Positions 1-26,600 of a stretch of DNA of 64,000 bases are shown piece after piece. A program made the position numbers and the translations under genes. Under the pieces are notes generated by a model that was not told where the DNA came from, did no database searches, and saw only the letters and a program-made list of their open reading frames with translations. The DNA comes from the human T2T-CHM13v2.0 reference genome, Homo sapiens. Each line of letters opens with the position of its first letter. The first letter of the stretch is position 1. The stretch lies in NCBI RefSeq assembly GCF_009914755.1, contig NC_060930.1; one strand, given 5' to 3'.

Positions 1-2154
1 GAACCCTGGGCCTGGCCTTTTCTGGACGAGGTAGAGAGTGGTCTCAGCCATTGGGTATTTTGGCCTGACATACCAGGTCTCAGCTGTACTGTCCCTTCCC
101 TCCATGCTGACAGCACACTCCATCCTGGTTTCCAGCTCCCTCAGCTCTCCCCCAGCACAGGCCAGAGGGTTTAAAAAATGTACACACGAGGCACATTAAA
201 AAATTCATGCACATGAGGCAAAATTAAAAGGGCACAAAAGGACCTACAGAGAAAAGTCTCTCTCCCCCTGCGTCCCCTGGCCACCCCATTCCCCGAAGAT
301 GGTCACCATCACCAGTTTCTCTTGTGGTCCTCCAAAACACTCCCTACTTATGTATTTTCCCCAGCCACATGGGTCTGCACCTTGCTCTTTTTGCTTTAGT
401 GATATGGTCTGGGGAAGGTTCCATTTAGGAGCAGAACTTCCAAGACAGGCCTGCACCATAACTTATTGACCCAGCCCTCTGTGGACGGGTATTTGGGCTG
501 TTTCCAGCCTTTTGCGTTTACAAGTAGTACTGTAGTAAATAATCTTGTGCATCATCTGGCTGACTGACTGGAAGTAAATTCCTAGAAGTGGTGTTCCCGG
601 GTGAAGGGTGTGTACCCCATAATTGTATCAATAACAATTGTATGGTATTAAGTTACTTTCCCATCACCATGGGCGAGAGACAAATGGCTCAGGTTCTACC
701 TTTGTTCCCATGAGGGAATGCCTCCAACCAACTCCTGCCCGCCCCCCAGCAGCCCCCTGGCAGCTATGCATTACGGGAGAGTTCTATGTGACATTAAGGG
801 TTCTAGAAGGGACTGTGGCCCCAGGGATACCTATCTCACCTGGCTGACCATGCTTCCTTAAACATCCCTGCTTTTCACTTCTCTGTATCTAAATTTAAAA
901 CGTTCCTTATGAAGCAAGTACTGCTTTATAAGTGAAAAGTGCCAAGTTAAGAAAAGAAAAATTCAGACTCATTTCTTTGTCCCTTGATGAAATCCAGCCG
1001 TCCTCCCTCTCACCCACCCGCACTGTGCGTGAGTTTATGGGAAAGTCTGTCTGTGGTTCTTCTAAAAGGGAGGGAACAAAATATGTTTAGATGCCTGAGG
1101 GGTGCAAGAGGCAATACTGGGTTATTACTGGGAAAGAGCCCCAGGCCCTGGACAGATGGGGAGCCCTAGGGGGAGGGACATCCTCCACCAACCATTCTTA
1201 CGTGTTATTGCCCCTGCCCTGAGCCTGAGAGCCAACTGCTGGACCCCCAGGTTGGGCTGAATCTTACAGAGGCCAGCCTTCCCTGAGCATCCACACTGTC
1301 AGGGTTCACAGTCCTGGGACTGCAGTGCAGAAGCAGGGAGGTGTCCCCTGGTGCCGGGATCCAGCTAGAGGCTGGCAGCTTGTATCAGGGCCAGGCGCAG
1401 CCTGGACTCTGCTGCCTCTTTGAAAACCAGGCCCTTGGCCCTCTGAGTCCTGGCTCCTGACTACTGAGCCATTCTTGCCTGGGGTAACAGTGAGGCCTGG
1501 CTGGGGGAAGGGAGGAGGGGAGTACCCACCTCGGCCCTGGGGCAGCGCACGGCCTAGATTGGATAACCCTGATGCCTGCCGACAGATCCAGGGCAGACAC
1601 AGCCACCCCAGACGCTCCCATAGATCTCGGTGGTGTGACCTGTGGGCCAGGACACCACACATTTGGGACTCTCAGGAGACTTGTAAGAAGCTAATGGGGG
1701 CTGCTGAGGTTGGGAGCAAGGGCAGACAGAAGGGCATTTACAGGGTCCCGGGGCTCAGATAACTGAGGAGGCGCTGAGCCTGGGCTCCAACAGTCCAGGA
1801 GAGAGAGCCAGCTCTGGGGGCTGGGGCTGGCTTCTGAACGGAGGTGCTCATACTGGATAGAGGATGGATTCCAGGGAGGGGGAAGGAGGAGGGATGGGGA
1901 GTTGGGCATGAGGGTGCTACAGGGCGACTCTTGGGGTTACCTAAGTCTGGTGAGTTAGTCTCTGGACAGGAAGATGGCATCCTAATGCAAGCCTCCCTGG
2001 GTCCCATCGGTTTGGGGACCCAGGCCTGGAATGGGGCAAAGGGTGGAAGGCCCTTCCCTCATCTCCAGGGATCTCTCTCCTGCCCTCCCAGTGCATGAGC
2101 AGCCGAGCCTGCTAACCGCAGCTCCGCACTTGTCCATCCCCCTGCGGCTACACC

Positions 2155-8379
<6,225 letters not shown>

Positions 8380-11072
8380 AGGCCCCCTCCCTCCATACTC
8401 CCGTCACTCCTCCCCACTGCCGCCCCTCCCCTCCCACTCTCGTCTCCTTCCCCTCGCCATAGAGTTCCAGACATATTTTCCGATCAAGCTTTTATTTTTT
8501 TAAAAGTCAAAACAGAACAAAACAAAGTATGCAGAGACAGAGCATTTGCAGGGCCACCTGGAGGCTGGGGTGCTGGGGCTTGGGGTGGCCCCAGGGTAGG
8601 TAACAGTCTTAGGACTTAGCCCAACATCACAACATCTGCTCTTCGGGTTCCACCAAAGAGTCTCCTGAGCCCTGAGGGATGGATGTCTCCTGACCCTTCC
8701 ACCCCGCCTCACTCCCTCCGTCCCACTCCACTCCAGGCTGCCGGCACCTGCCCCATTCCCTGGCCTGGTTTCCTAACCTCTTCTTCCTCCCCTGCCCTGC
8801 TTCCCTTCCTCCACCACCCTGCTCTCAAAGGCCTCCTCTCCAGACCCCTGGAAGGGAGGCTTCCCCATCTTTAGTTTTCCACTCTGCCCCGGGGAGCACC
8901 CTTCTACTCCTAGCCACGTCCCTTGGGACCGGTGGGACTGGAGGAGGAACGGTCACCCTCCTCCCCCATGGAGGTTTCCAGGGGTCCCCCAGACATGAAA
9001 GAGGGGTGAGCTGGAGGAAGTCATGGTGTCACTGGGGTACAGGAGGGTGAATGAAGGGCATGCAGGCCCTCAGCCCGGGCTGTGCCAGCCCTCCCAGCCC
9101 CAGGCCCATCTGAGGGACCAAGACGCTGTTACGCAGGCCCTTCTTTCCAGCTATCAGCACTTTCAGCATCGGCTCTTCAGCAGATCCAAACCCCCTCAGC
9201 AACTTGCAGAGGACCTGTCCCCTCTCAAAAGTCCCCTGGCCTAGGGTGGGGACCCCCAAACCTACGGCAAAGCCAGCAACAGTAGCAGCCTGCTCCCATT
9301 TGCTGGGGAGGAGATCATCTTGTTCCCCTGGCCCCCCACTCTCCCTCCATGTCCATCCAAAAACCATAAAATCACTGGGTTCCACATCAGCCTCCATGAG
9401 GCCAAGCCTTGTACCTGCAAGGCTCTTGGCCTAACCATTCCTCTGTCCTCTTCTCTGGCCTGCCTGGGGAGCCCGTGAAGGCCGCACGGGTGCCTCCAGC
9501 CTGAGACATCAGGGGAGAGCCTGCAGCTGAGTTCAGCAGAAAGGAGGAATCCTGGCCCTCAGGAAGAAGATAGTCACATGTTTTTCTTCCTTGTCCCCAC
9601 AGCCCCCAGAACAACATTCTCCCTGCTGGCAGCCCTTCCATGTCTCCAAACCTGGGTCAGAGTGAAAGGACCTTTGGGGGTGGGTGGGAGCAAAGGGCCC
9701 ACCTGCTGGTTGGTGAAAGCAGTGGTGCCGGAGTGCTAGGTACCGCACGAGAGGGTGCGGGGGCTTGGGAAGCAGACCAGGGTTGGACAAAACCCCATGA
9801 GGGCGGGGAGCTGGAAGAAAAGTCTCTTGGGGACCTCTGGGGCAAGGAGCTGAGAAGTCCTGCAGCACCAGGTGAGACTTGCTTACAGTGGATGCCACTT
9901 CTAGGCCTCTGGACCGCAGATGCCCTCCTCCCTCCTGCACACCTGGCCTCCTGGGCCTCCAGGTAAAGAGAGAGAGCCAGCCCAGCCCTGTTTCCCCTCA
10001 GTCCTCCTTTGCTCCTGCTGCTTCTCCCAACAGCCCACTGTTAGGAGGTAGTAGACCCCAGCCTCAAGGCTCTGACCTTCTTCATGTGGGCACAGAGGGT
10101 CCTGACACTCTGGCAGGGCCTGAGCTGGGGCAGGCCTCCCTCAGGGCCAGGGGCGATGGCACCCCGGGGACAGGCAGACCTCCTTCCTGCCGTCAGCACC
10201 CCCTTCCTTATCACTGTCTGGTCTCCGAGCTTCGGCTGCAGCCTGAGGTGTGTCCTGGGCTCCTCAGAGCCTGAAGCAAGCTTTTGGAAGCCTGCAGTCC
10301 TCCCAGCTCCAGTGCAGAAGCCTCTCTCTCCAGCCTTTCCCCAGGCAGGAGTTGGGGTTGGGGGCCTCTGTCCCTCATCGCTTACCTTGGAAAGGTGGGA
10401 AGCTGGCAATCTGCACCTTGGGGCCTGGGCTCCCCCTCTCTGTGCCAGCGGCTTCCCAGCACCTGGGAGGGGCTGCAGCCCCAGCTGGACTCCAGCCTGT
10501 CCCTCTTAGCACTCTAGCTGCCCACTCCAGGGCAGGGACTCGAAACCCCCTCCGTCCTGAGCAGCCACCTCCAGGGCCCTGTTTGGGACCACTCTCTCAG
10601 TCCCCAGGTCCTCAGGGCCCCAGAGCGGGAGGGTCTCCTACCTGGAAGTCCCCCTGAGCTCCAGGGCCCAGCCCTACCTGCCAGTGCTGGTGTCAGGGCA
10701 CTCAACACCGAGTGTGGGGGCCACGCCCCTTGCCATGCCCACGGCCTCCTCCTGTAGCCCCTGCCTGCACCCACGATGCTGCACGGGCCCGCCCTGGTGG
10801 GGCTCGGCGAGTAATGTGTTTTGTCCCCAGTTAACCACCATTCTGCGGCCTGGTTCTGCAAGGAACCAGGGCTGCCCCACCGCCCGCCGTCTGCCGCCCT
10901 AGGCTTCCTGACTCCATTAGTTCCGACACTTGTGAAACTCCGAGAAGTGCTGTGGTCTCAGCAATGCACCTGTTTTGTACATGATTGTGTAATTTAAAGG
11001 TATATAAATACAAATATATATATATATCAGTTGTGATTGTATGACTGTGGATAAAATCCAGAACTGTGTCAA
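8380..11072 (+). other. PACSIN1: PACSIN1 3'UTR (end approximate)
   Basis: Continuous repeat-poor sequence after the stop. Terminal AU-rich block with several TGTA elements (10976-11041) and variant signal GATAAA at 11050-11055. Confidence 0.75.
11050..11055 (+). terminator. Variant poly(A) signal GATAAA of PACSIN1
   Basis: Upstream UGUA/AU-rich elements and a CA dinucleotide ~15 nt downstream; no AATAAA seen by eye in 8380-11072. Confidence 0.6.
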
Positions 11073-11957
11073 CCTGGCTGCGCATTGTCATCTTGAGTCT
11101 GTGCACCTTCAGTCCTGGGGGTTTCTGAGCCCTCTGAGAGCTATTTGTGGTTGGGATGCAGGGGGGTAGGGGTGGTGCCCGAGCAGGACTGGGTGCTGTC
11201 CTGGCCCACCATCCACAGACTAGGCCACTGAGAGCCGGTCCCTTCGCCCTGCGGGGGCCTGGGTCTTGTCTGGACTGGGGAGGGTGATACTGGAGGCTCC
11301 TGGAGCTCTGGCCCATTCAGGTTCCGGGTGCCTGGTGACAGGCCCTGACCAGGAGAGCTGGGGCATTCAGGGTTCCACATTCATGGATCAAGAGTGAATG
11401 AGGTCCTCAAATAGGTTTTGCTTTTTAAAGCAGAATTCTAAAAGTGACTGCTGAGGCCCACGGTTCCTGGCTGTCCACAGTGCCAAGCTCCCTGTGCGGT
11501 GATGTTGGGCTGTGCCATGCCTTCCTGCGTCTCGCCTGGCTCTGAATGCATTTCTGTGTGGGACCCGTGGGAGGGCTCCTTGGGGAGAATTTCTCAGGGG
11601 CATGGGCAGGACCGGAGCTCTGGGTTCTTGGCTGTTCTGCCAGCCCCAAGCCCAGCCCTTGCTCTAGCTCCCTGACTCCCCCTGCATCCAGCCCCAGGGG
11701 ATCTCTTCCGGGGTATCGCAGAAGTCCCAGGGCCGGTCCCAGTTCCGCTGTCAGCTCACTGTGTTCCCACCCTCACCTGGGCCTCAGCTTCCCCAGTCTG
11801 GTGAGATGTCTCTCTGAGGGTCCTCTGGCCCTGGCAGCCTGGCAGGGCCGTCACACAAGCCCATTACTCGGGGCAAATATACCCCTGTCCCTTCCCTGAC
11901 ACCCCTTGCCCCCAACCTCAGGGTGTGCCAGGCAGGGAGAAAGGTTGAGATGGAGAT

Positions 11958-12029
11958 TGAATCTATTTGCCACCCCATCTTCCTTACTCCTCCTGAATCT
12001 ATTTGCCACCCCATCTTCCTTACTCCTCC
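11958..12029 (+). repeat. Perfect 36-bp tandem duplication
   Basis: tgaatctatttgccaccccatcttccttactcctcc x2. Confidence 0.95.
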
Positions 12030-13666
12030 AAACTTACCTCTATGTGAAGCCCTGCTTTTAGCCAAACAGAGAAATCTTCAAATAAAGACAAAAGATTGTT
12101 GTATTGTCTTACCTGCACAGGCTGTTCCATTTAGTGATGGGGAGCCCTGAGGGTGGGGTCCCATGGAGAAGGGTCAGAGAATACCCAGCCAGGTGGGGTT
12201 CTGCTGGGGAGGTGTTTGGAGGAGGGAGATCTGCAGATCGCTGCCAGCTCACAAGGTGTCACTGGATGGGCGTGTGCCTGCCAAGGTTCATGGGCAGGGA
12301 GCTGCCTCACCCAGGCCCCCACATCTACCCTTTCCAGAGCTGCTCCAGCTTTGTACTCCTAGCCTCTACTCCCCATACCTATCCTCCTGTCCAACCCCTG
12401 CCTGAGATCTGAGGCCTTTCCAGGCCCAGGCCCAGCTGGGGACATACAAGCAAGTGTCTGCAGGGACTCAGTTGGGAGCAGGGCAGGCTGGCTGGAGACA
12501 AAACCAGTTCAGCAGAGCCTGGTTCTGGCCAGGGTCCCAGTCTCCCCCCCACCCTCCTCCTACAAGGGAGTGAGACACAGCAGGGGCCCAGCGAGGCACA
12601 GGCCTGGGGCAGGGCCCCCTCCTCCCTGCAGTACAATCCCAGCTGACAGATGCCAAGGTGCTATTTGCTCACTGCCAGGAGCAAACTTTCTTCTGAAGAC
12701 AATAAAATTGCTGAGGGCAGAAGGCAGCAGTACAGGGTAGCATTTAACCCTTGGTGGTCTGGATAGTGCTGGCTCCCCTGCTGTTTCCTGGAAGCCAGGC
12801 CTCAGAGGATAAGGGTGATAGAGGACCAAGGGTGCTGAGCGGTCAGAAAGCCGGAGGGCTGGAGGGGCAGAGAGAGCCCTGTCCTTGGGGAGAGACAGGT
12901 ATGAGTTATTCTGTCAATCAGCTGTGTGACCATCTGCAAGTCACTTAACCACTCTGAGCCTCGGTTTCATCATCTGCAAAATGGGGGAGTAGCCCCTACT
13001 TCATAGTTTTGTTGGGAAGATAAATGACAAAGCACCTAGCCCATAGTAGACCATAAGGACACTGAGCCGGGTGATAAATGTGAGGGAAGTGGGAGGAAGC
13101 TGGATGAGTTGCTTTGCCCAGGAGAGTGGGTGGTGGGTCCTGGTCACCCCCAGCATGCCCACAGACACCAATGCACACCCTCTTCCCATCACGCACGGGG
13201 GTCTCACACCCACTCACAGGAGCTCACATCTTCACAGACAGCACTGCTGAGGCCTTCAGGAAACATAAACAGGAGCCAACCAACCTCTCTTCCACCCTGT
13301 TAGCTGCAAAGCCCTGCTCTGCAACAGAGCAAAAGGATGCGAAAGATGCCTTCCCCACTCCGGTCCTGCATGTAGCACCTCTTTAGCACCGGCCTTGCCG
13401 CCTGCCTCTCAGCCCGAACAGCGACAGGGAAGATGAGGTGGCTGTTCTAGCCCCTCCTTGATTTTGAAGCCTCACTATCTCTCTCCCAGAAGCATCTACC
13501 AATCAATTATCCCTTGCCCTTTAGGCTCAGCCCAAAGCCACCTCCTCCAGAAAACCTCCCTTGACTACTCCAGGCCCTGTGACCACAGCCGCATTTGACC
13601 ATTGATGACCTCGGGGCTGTGCCATTCACTGCGCAGACACTGGGGACATGTCAGTTCTCTAGTATC

Positions 13667-13672
13667 TTTATT
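13667..13672 (-). terminator. SPDEF poly(A) signal AATAAA
   Basis: tttatt on the + strand, ~450 nt past the stop codon. Confidence 0.85.
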
Positions 13673-14122
13673 ATCCATTCCCGGGGGCACTCCTGGCTGC
13701 CCAACTCAGGGGTGCAGATGTCTCCCTGCACCATGCCAGGTGTGGTGCAGAATGGGAGGCAGGGGGATGGAGCAGAGAGAGGCCTGGACTGCCTGTGGCC
13801 TTTGTCGAGTCACTGCCCTTCTGTAGGCTCTGCTCTGGAAATGCTGGGGTCAGAGGCAGGTGTTGGGGAGCAGCCCTGTCTCCCTCTGTCCTCCAGGGGA
13901 GCAGCTGGGCCTGAGGAGGAAGCACCCCTGCCCCAGGGTCCCGAAGGCCCCAGAGGACCCATATCCCCCTGGGGCAGTTGGTTGCCCCTCCCTGACCTTG
14001 GGCTCTGGAAGGTCAGAGCAGCAGAGCAGACTGCCCGTTTTCCCCCATCTCAGGGCCTGGCTGAGGCAGGGCAGGCAGGAGAGAGGCCCCTGAGGGCGGG
14101 TTTCAGGCCCTGGGCCAGGCAC

Positions 14123-20303
<6,181 letters not shown>

Positions 20304-21475
20304 GCCGCTGCTGTTTGGGCTGGCGGCTGTGTCTACGGAAATGAAAGAGGACTCAGGTTTGACTGCTTCTCCATCCCTGTGGGGGCCGCTAAGCTGGTTA
20401 TGGGGATGAGGGGCCCTGTGGACAGTGGGCTGGGCCTGGGACAGAGTTGGGGGCTTCCGGGTCATTGGGCAGCCACGACATGGTTGGGCAGACAGGCCTT
20501 CTGGCTGGGAAAGACAGCGAGGTGGGAGTGGGTGCAGGACTAGAAATAGATCGCTCCCTCAATCCCCAAGGAAGCCAGGCTGGCTGGGAGCAGCAAAGCT
20601 CCACACATGTACTGTGCTTAAAACAGCCTTCTGAGGTTCCTGACCTCATTCAGCCCTCACAATGGAAGGCATGATTGCGCCATTTGGCGGATGAGCAAAC
20701 TGAGGTGGGAACAAGGGGCCCTCAGTGTCCAAATCTTTCCTGATATAGCAAAGCTTGTTTTTCTTCTGCCTTTGACAAGGATAGGAGTGGAAGTGGCAGG
20801 CAGAGGCCACCATCCTAAAGGTGGCTATCATCTTCACCAGCAGGGGAAAGACGAGAGGAACAAGGCGGGGTAGAAACCCTCCCACACGCCGGGGAGTAGG
20901 CCAGCCCTTGCCCTCCCACAGGGCTATCTGGGGGATCTAAGTAAACTCAACACTCTCAAGGTGGCCACTGAGCAAGAGCTCACAGGTGTGTGTCTCCCAA
21001 TACCCCAGGCTGGGTGCATGGTACCCACCTCCCCTTACCCTCCCTCAGAAGGTGCTGCCCCCAGGGCCCCTTCCAGCTCCCAGTGCTCTCTACTTTCCCC
21101 GATGCCTGGAGGAGCATGCGGCCACCCGGAGGCAGTGCCACATGCCAGGCTTTCCAGGAGGAGCCAGGGTGGTTGTGAGATGGGGCAGGGCTCCAGGGAA
21201 CACCTAAAACCCTTAGCAACTCAGCCACCTGCTCCTCACTGCTGCCCCAAGGCCCTCCGGGGGAACCATCTGGCCTCAACACAAGCAGTCAGAGGCCTTG
21301 CTCCCCACGGGCCGCCCCGGCTTGGTTTTGCCCAGGCCCTTTTCCCTGAAACCAATAGCAGAGTGCACAGTTTGGGTGAGAAGGGGGACTGGAGAGGTGC
21401 GCAAGCACTGAAACCCCAGGACATTCTGGGATGGCAGTGATGTGGGGGCCTGAGACTTAAGAATACATCAAGACA

Positions 21476-21794
21476 GGCTCAGTGCAGTAGCTCGTGACTG
21501 TAATCCTAGCTCTTTGGGAGGCCGAGGCGGGCAGATCACCTGAGGCCAGGAGTTCGAGACCAGCCTGGCCAACATGGTGAAACCCTGTCCCTACTAAAAA
21601 TACAAAAATTAGCTGGGCAAGGTGGTGGGTGCCTGATTCTCCTGTCTCAGCTACTCGGGAGGCTGAGGGAGGAGAATCACTTGAACCCAGGAGGCGGCTG
21701 CAGTGAGCCGAGATCGTGCCACTGCACTCCAGCCTGGGTGAAAGAGCAAAACTCCGTCTCGAAAAAAAAAACAAAACACACGCACACACACACA
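21476..21794 (+). mobile_element. Alu (S-like) with 17-bp TSD
   Basis: TSD aagaatacatcaagaca (21459) / aagaatacgtcaagcca (21795). Confidence 0.9.
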
Positions 21795-21945
21795 AAGAAT
21801 ACGTCAAGCCAGAGGCAGAAGATTACCAACAGATATACGCTCCTAATAATACAGAGAACCAGTTAGGGAGGAGGAAAGGAACAGATAAACCTGTTAAGGG
21901 CAAGTTAATTTGTGTCCTTTCTCGAGGGTTATTTATAGTTTCAAG

Positions 21946-22126
21946 CAGTGGTTCTCCAAATGTGCCGTCTGGGCCAGCAGAACCAGCGCCACCTCGGAGC
22001 TTGCTAGAAACTTGAATTCTCAGGCAGTTCACAGCCACTGAATCAGCAGCTCTGGGGGAGACTCCGCAGTCTGGTTTAACTGGCCTCTGGGTGATTCTCG
22101 TGCATGTTCAAATTTGAGGATCTTTG
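21946..22126 (+). mobile_element. MER5A-like hAT MITE
   Basis: cagtggttctc...gagcttgctagaaa...actgaatcag...ggtgattct...aatttgagga; degenerate 8-bp TSD gtttcaag/ctttaaag. Confidence 0.75.
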
Positions 22127-23169
22127 CTTTAAAGGTAACTGGCCAGTTGGGGGGAAGGCTTTAATCAAAGCACTGAAATCCTCTCTAACAGTGACATTTA
22201 TGGTGCCCTACTGGGACAGCAGGAGGGGAAGGGGGCTCCCTGATCCATCTCCAGTTACCCTGTGAGACTGACCCGCGCAGCCTCCGTATGCAGCTGGCAT
22301 TTGCTTCTGCAGGTGGGACAAGGGAAAGAACCCAGTCTGGAAGACACCTCCACTTCGGTAGGGCCACAGCTAGCCCATTCAATTTCACACAACTCAGAAA
22401 ATGACATCCCTTCCCCCTGGATAGCATAGCTTGACGAATGGAGCCTAGGTAGAATTTCAGCTTCCTCTGCCCACCCTCCTTGTGCAGTGCCCAACCTTCC
22501 CAGTGTTACATGGCAGCCCTGCAGCTTCCTGTGGTGGAGAAAATGCCAGCAGGAGGGAAGGGTGTTCCCTTTGATTTCAACTCTCCCATTCAAGGGCTCC
22601 TTTAAGTGACAAGGAAGGAAAGGTCAGGGTGGGGTGGGGTGGGCAGAGACCAAGGCGGGGCTGGGGATGTGGGGGACAGAGGGCAGACCTGGAATCATTT
22701 CAAGTCCTTCTGTGCAAACACTCGTGTGTGCTGTGGGCCCACATTATTTACTCAGGCAGTGCCAACAGCTCGCTCTGCCCCTGGGCCCCACCCTGCCTGG
22801 TGCCCATGCCCTACCCGCTAGGTGGCTCCACCCCTGGGGACCCCCCCCCGCAGCCCCCCACCCCTCCTTCATCACCCCCTGCCTGCCTCCTGCCCCGTCC
22901 ACATCCCCAGAGCCCCCATGCCTGCCACGTTAGGACAGTCTCTGCCAACACCCTGGGCGCCATGCCAGGGAGACAGAAGCTTTTCCAAGAAGCAGAACTC
23001 GCTTCCCTTGTGGCCCTCCTGTTTGCTTGGCCTCAGCCACAGGTAGGACAGGAGGCAGCTGCTGTGTTTCAGGCATGGTTGTGTGGGGTCGGTGGGGATG
23101 AATGGGCAGGGCAGGTGGCAGCTTTTGCCAGGAAGGCATATAATGACACATCCTTGACACATTTGCTGA

Positions 23170-23656
<487 letters not shown>

Positions 23657-26600
23657 TAAATGCCAAGGAATCTACTCCCCACCAAGCCTCGGTCCTAGCT
23701 CCAACACTTCCCTGATGAAAAATAAGTTAATGGTTAACTGTGTGGTTGGAGGAAAGGTTCGACTCTCTGCAGATCAGGGGTGGTGGGGAATGCTCCGTCC
23801 CCAAGGCAGCCCAGGCCTAGAGTAGGGGGGCTTGGCTTACTGGTCAGGCAGCCAGGGCTGGTGTGCCCAGCCTGCAACTAGGCGTCTCAAGGTTCTGGGC
23901 TGGCCTCAGGAGGGAAGAAGAGAGAACGGCACTGTGAGCCCCTGGCAGTGAGCACCAGTGCCACGCCCAGGCTTTCACCCACATCACCCGCTTTCCTACC
24001 CACAGCCAGGGTGACGTGGACTCCAGAGCCCTGCTTTATAGATGCGGACAGTGAGGCTCAGGGAGGCTGTGCAGCTTGTCCAGGGTTCTTCCTGGCCAGG
24101 TGTGGGTTCTGCTCACTGGACCACATTCTCTCTGAGGTGCATGCTCTGGCCAGTCCCATCTTCCTAGGGGATCTGCCCACCTCCTGACTGGGCTCCTTGA
24201 TGCTCTAAAGTCTGTCCCCACCTCTTGGCTCTTCATTCCACCCCACTGTTCATATCCCTGCAGCACCCTTTCATCAGACACCCCTGTGCTCAAGAATCTC
24301 CCATGGCTCCCCATTGCCCCATCCCAGTGGCTGGTGCCTACCTCTGAGTCTACCTCCTACCTGGCCCAGATAATCAGAGCTGGAAGGGGCCATATATTAT
24401 GTGATTGTTTCATAGAATGGGAACAATGAAGCCCAGAGTGGGGAAGGGATTCATGTGCTTATTAGCAGCAGGGTCCGGACCAGAACCAGGGATTGACATA
24501 GTGACCACAAATCCAAGCTCTAATGAGAATGGCATTTCATACCTGCCCCTGTGCTGTGGGCACAACATGGCTATTTTCTAAGATGCCCTTTCCTTCTCAT
24601 CACAATTCATCCCAAAGCCCTCCTGCCCCAGCGAGCCCTCCCTAATAGCTCCCTCCTGCGACTTCCTAGGCTCGCCTCATCTGTGCCATGCAATTCAGCC
24701 CAGGATTAAATCCATCAGTGATGGTCCACCCATGGGGACACATGTGCACTGGAAAAGCTCAGGCTCAAAGAGTGGCAGGGAGGTGCCCACAGTCACACAG
24801 CACAGCCAGGGCCAGACCAGAGGCCTCCTGACACTCAGGCCACTGCTCCGTAGGCCAAGGGTCCTGGGACGTGCCAGGTGTCTGCCATGTCCAGGGTCCT
24901 CAGATGGCAGGACCCAGCGTTCCTGCAGCCTTGGCCTGCCAGTCCCACGGGCTGCCGTCTCCTGAGCGATGCCTCCAGCTCCCAAACCTCGAGTTGATCT
25001 CTTCTGGATTAAGCCACATGTCTGGATTAAGGCTCAGCGTGTCCTGGCTCCCTCCTGCTCCAGAGGCCCCAGATCCCACTCCAGACAAAGAAAGTTTGGT
25101 AACAGCTGGTGGAGGCCAAGGCCCAGAGACAGGAGCAGAATGGTGGGGTGGCGGCCAGGGGGATTAGCCACCTTGGGCCCCTTCTCTCAGCGCCTTCCAT
25201 TCCCCCAGGAAGGAAGATTAAGGAAAGTGAGCAGAGGGACCCAAAAGGAGAGATTTAGTGCAGCTTTTCCTGCCACTACCCTGCCTACTCTCACCCCTCA
25301 GGGCTAGAAATGTGCCCCTTGAACCCTTTGCCTCCCAGGTTTTCACTCCCACACCCCAACTGGCATCAGCAAAAGATGCCCTCCCTGACAGCTCCCGAAC
25401 CACAGTTTCCGGGAATGGAGTCACCTGGGAGGCGTTTGCTAAGGACCCAGGTCGCTGTGCGGGTTGGAGCCTGTCTTCCATATCCTGCTTGGTCCCGGTT
25501 CTCAGGCCCTACCTCCTGGGGAGATGGTGGTGTGGGGTAAATGTATCCTCACCCCTACCTCAATCCTGAGACCCAATGCCAGCCCGCCCAGAGCCCAAGA
25601 CCCCAGCTTTAGTCCCCATTGAGAAGAGCACTGAGGGAGTGACAGAGATGGCCACTCTGGCCCTGCTGCTCAGCCCCCAGCCGGCCTCACTGCAGGAGGA
25701 AGAGGTCTGATGGGGAACAGACCTCCTCTGGCTTTCCCATGTGGCCTACTGAGCTGTCTGTCAGCCCCTCCCTCCATCCATCCAAGTCCCTGGGTCCCCT
25801 TAAATGGGCTGGAGTCAGGGGCTGTGGAGGTGGGGCCAGGTCTTGGCCAGGAGCCATGCAGAGTGGGCAGGGGCCACATGGGCCTGCCCTGGTCAGCACC
25901 TTGGAGAAAAGCTGGGCTACCCAGGCCTCAGGAAGTCCCAGCCAAAGCCATGACCAGGCCCAGCCGCAGTAGCATGTCTGGCTTCTCCAAACACCCTGAC
26001 CCCTGCCCTGCCCCATCCCCTTGGGGCCCCAGCCTCTCTCTTGCCCTGCTGTTCCTCCCACCCCTTCTCTGCTCCTCCAACCCTTCCACAGGGAGGACCT
26101 TGCTGCAACCTCACCCTTCAAACTGCTCTTCAAACTAGCTGGACCCAAGAGAAGTGCCAGACCCCTTCCTTACGGCCCTCCATTCACTGCCCAGAGCACC
26201 ACTTCTGCCCGCTGGACAGACCACCCCGCTGCCCAGGAAGGGGGCCCAGGCTGCCACCTCGGGCCAGCAGCTCCTGCCCTCTCTCAAGCACCCCATTGTG
26301 GCCATCTCCAAGCACCTGCTTCCCCAGGGTCTCCAAGGGCAGAAGAAGAGAGCAGGGAGGTGACTGAGTGAGAGAGATCTTGCTGTCTTGGACTCAGCAT
26401 GAGTAGACGAGGTGGGTTTCTTCTAGATCTCCGGGCTTTCCCCACCTCCTCTGGGCACAAAACTGTCCAGGCCAACTGTCCCCCTAACAACTTCTTCAGG
26501 AGCCCTGATCTGTGTGAGTTTCACCTTGGGGAGCCAGCTAGTGGGCCCAGGAGCTGGGGTCTGTTGGGGGAAGTACAGGGGAGTGGGTGAGGCTTTGTGG

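Noticed and set aside
23750-23770. ggttcgactc, a tRNA/Pol III B-box-like motif
   Set aside because: No A box, cloverleaf or terminator in register.
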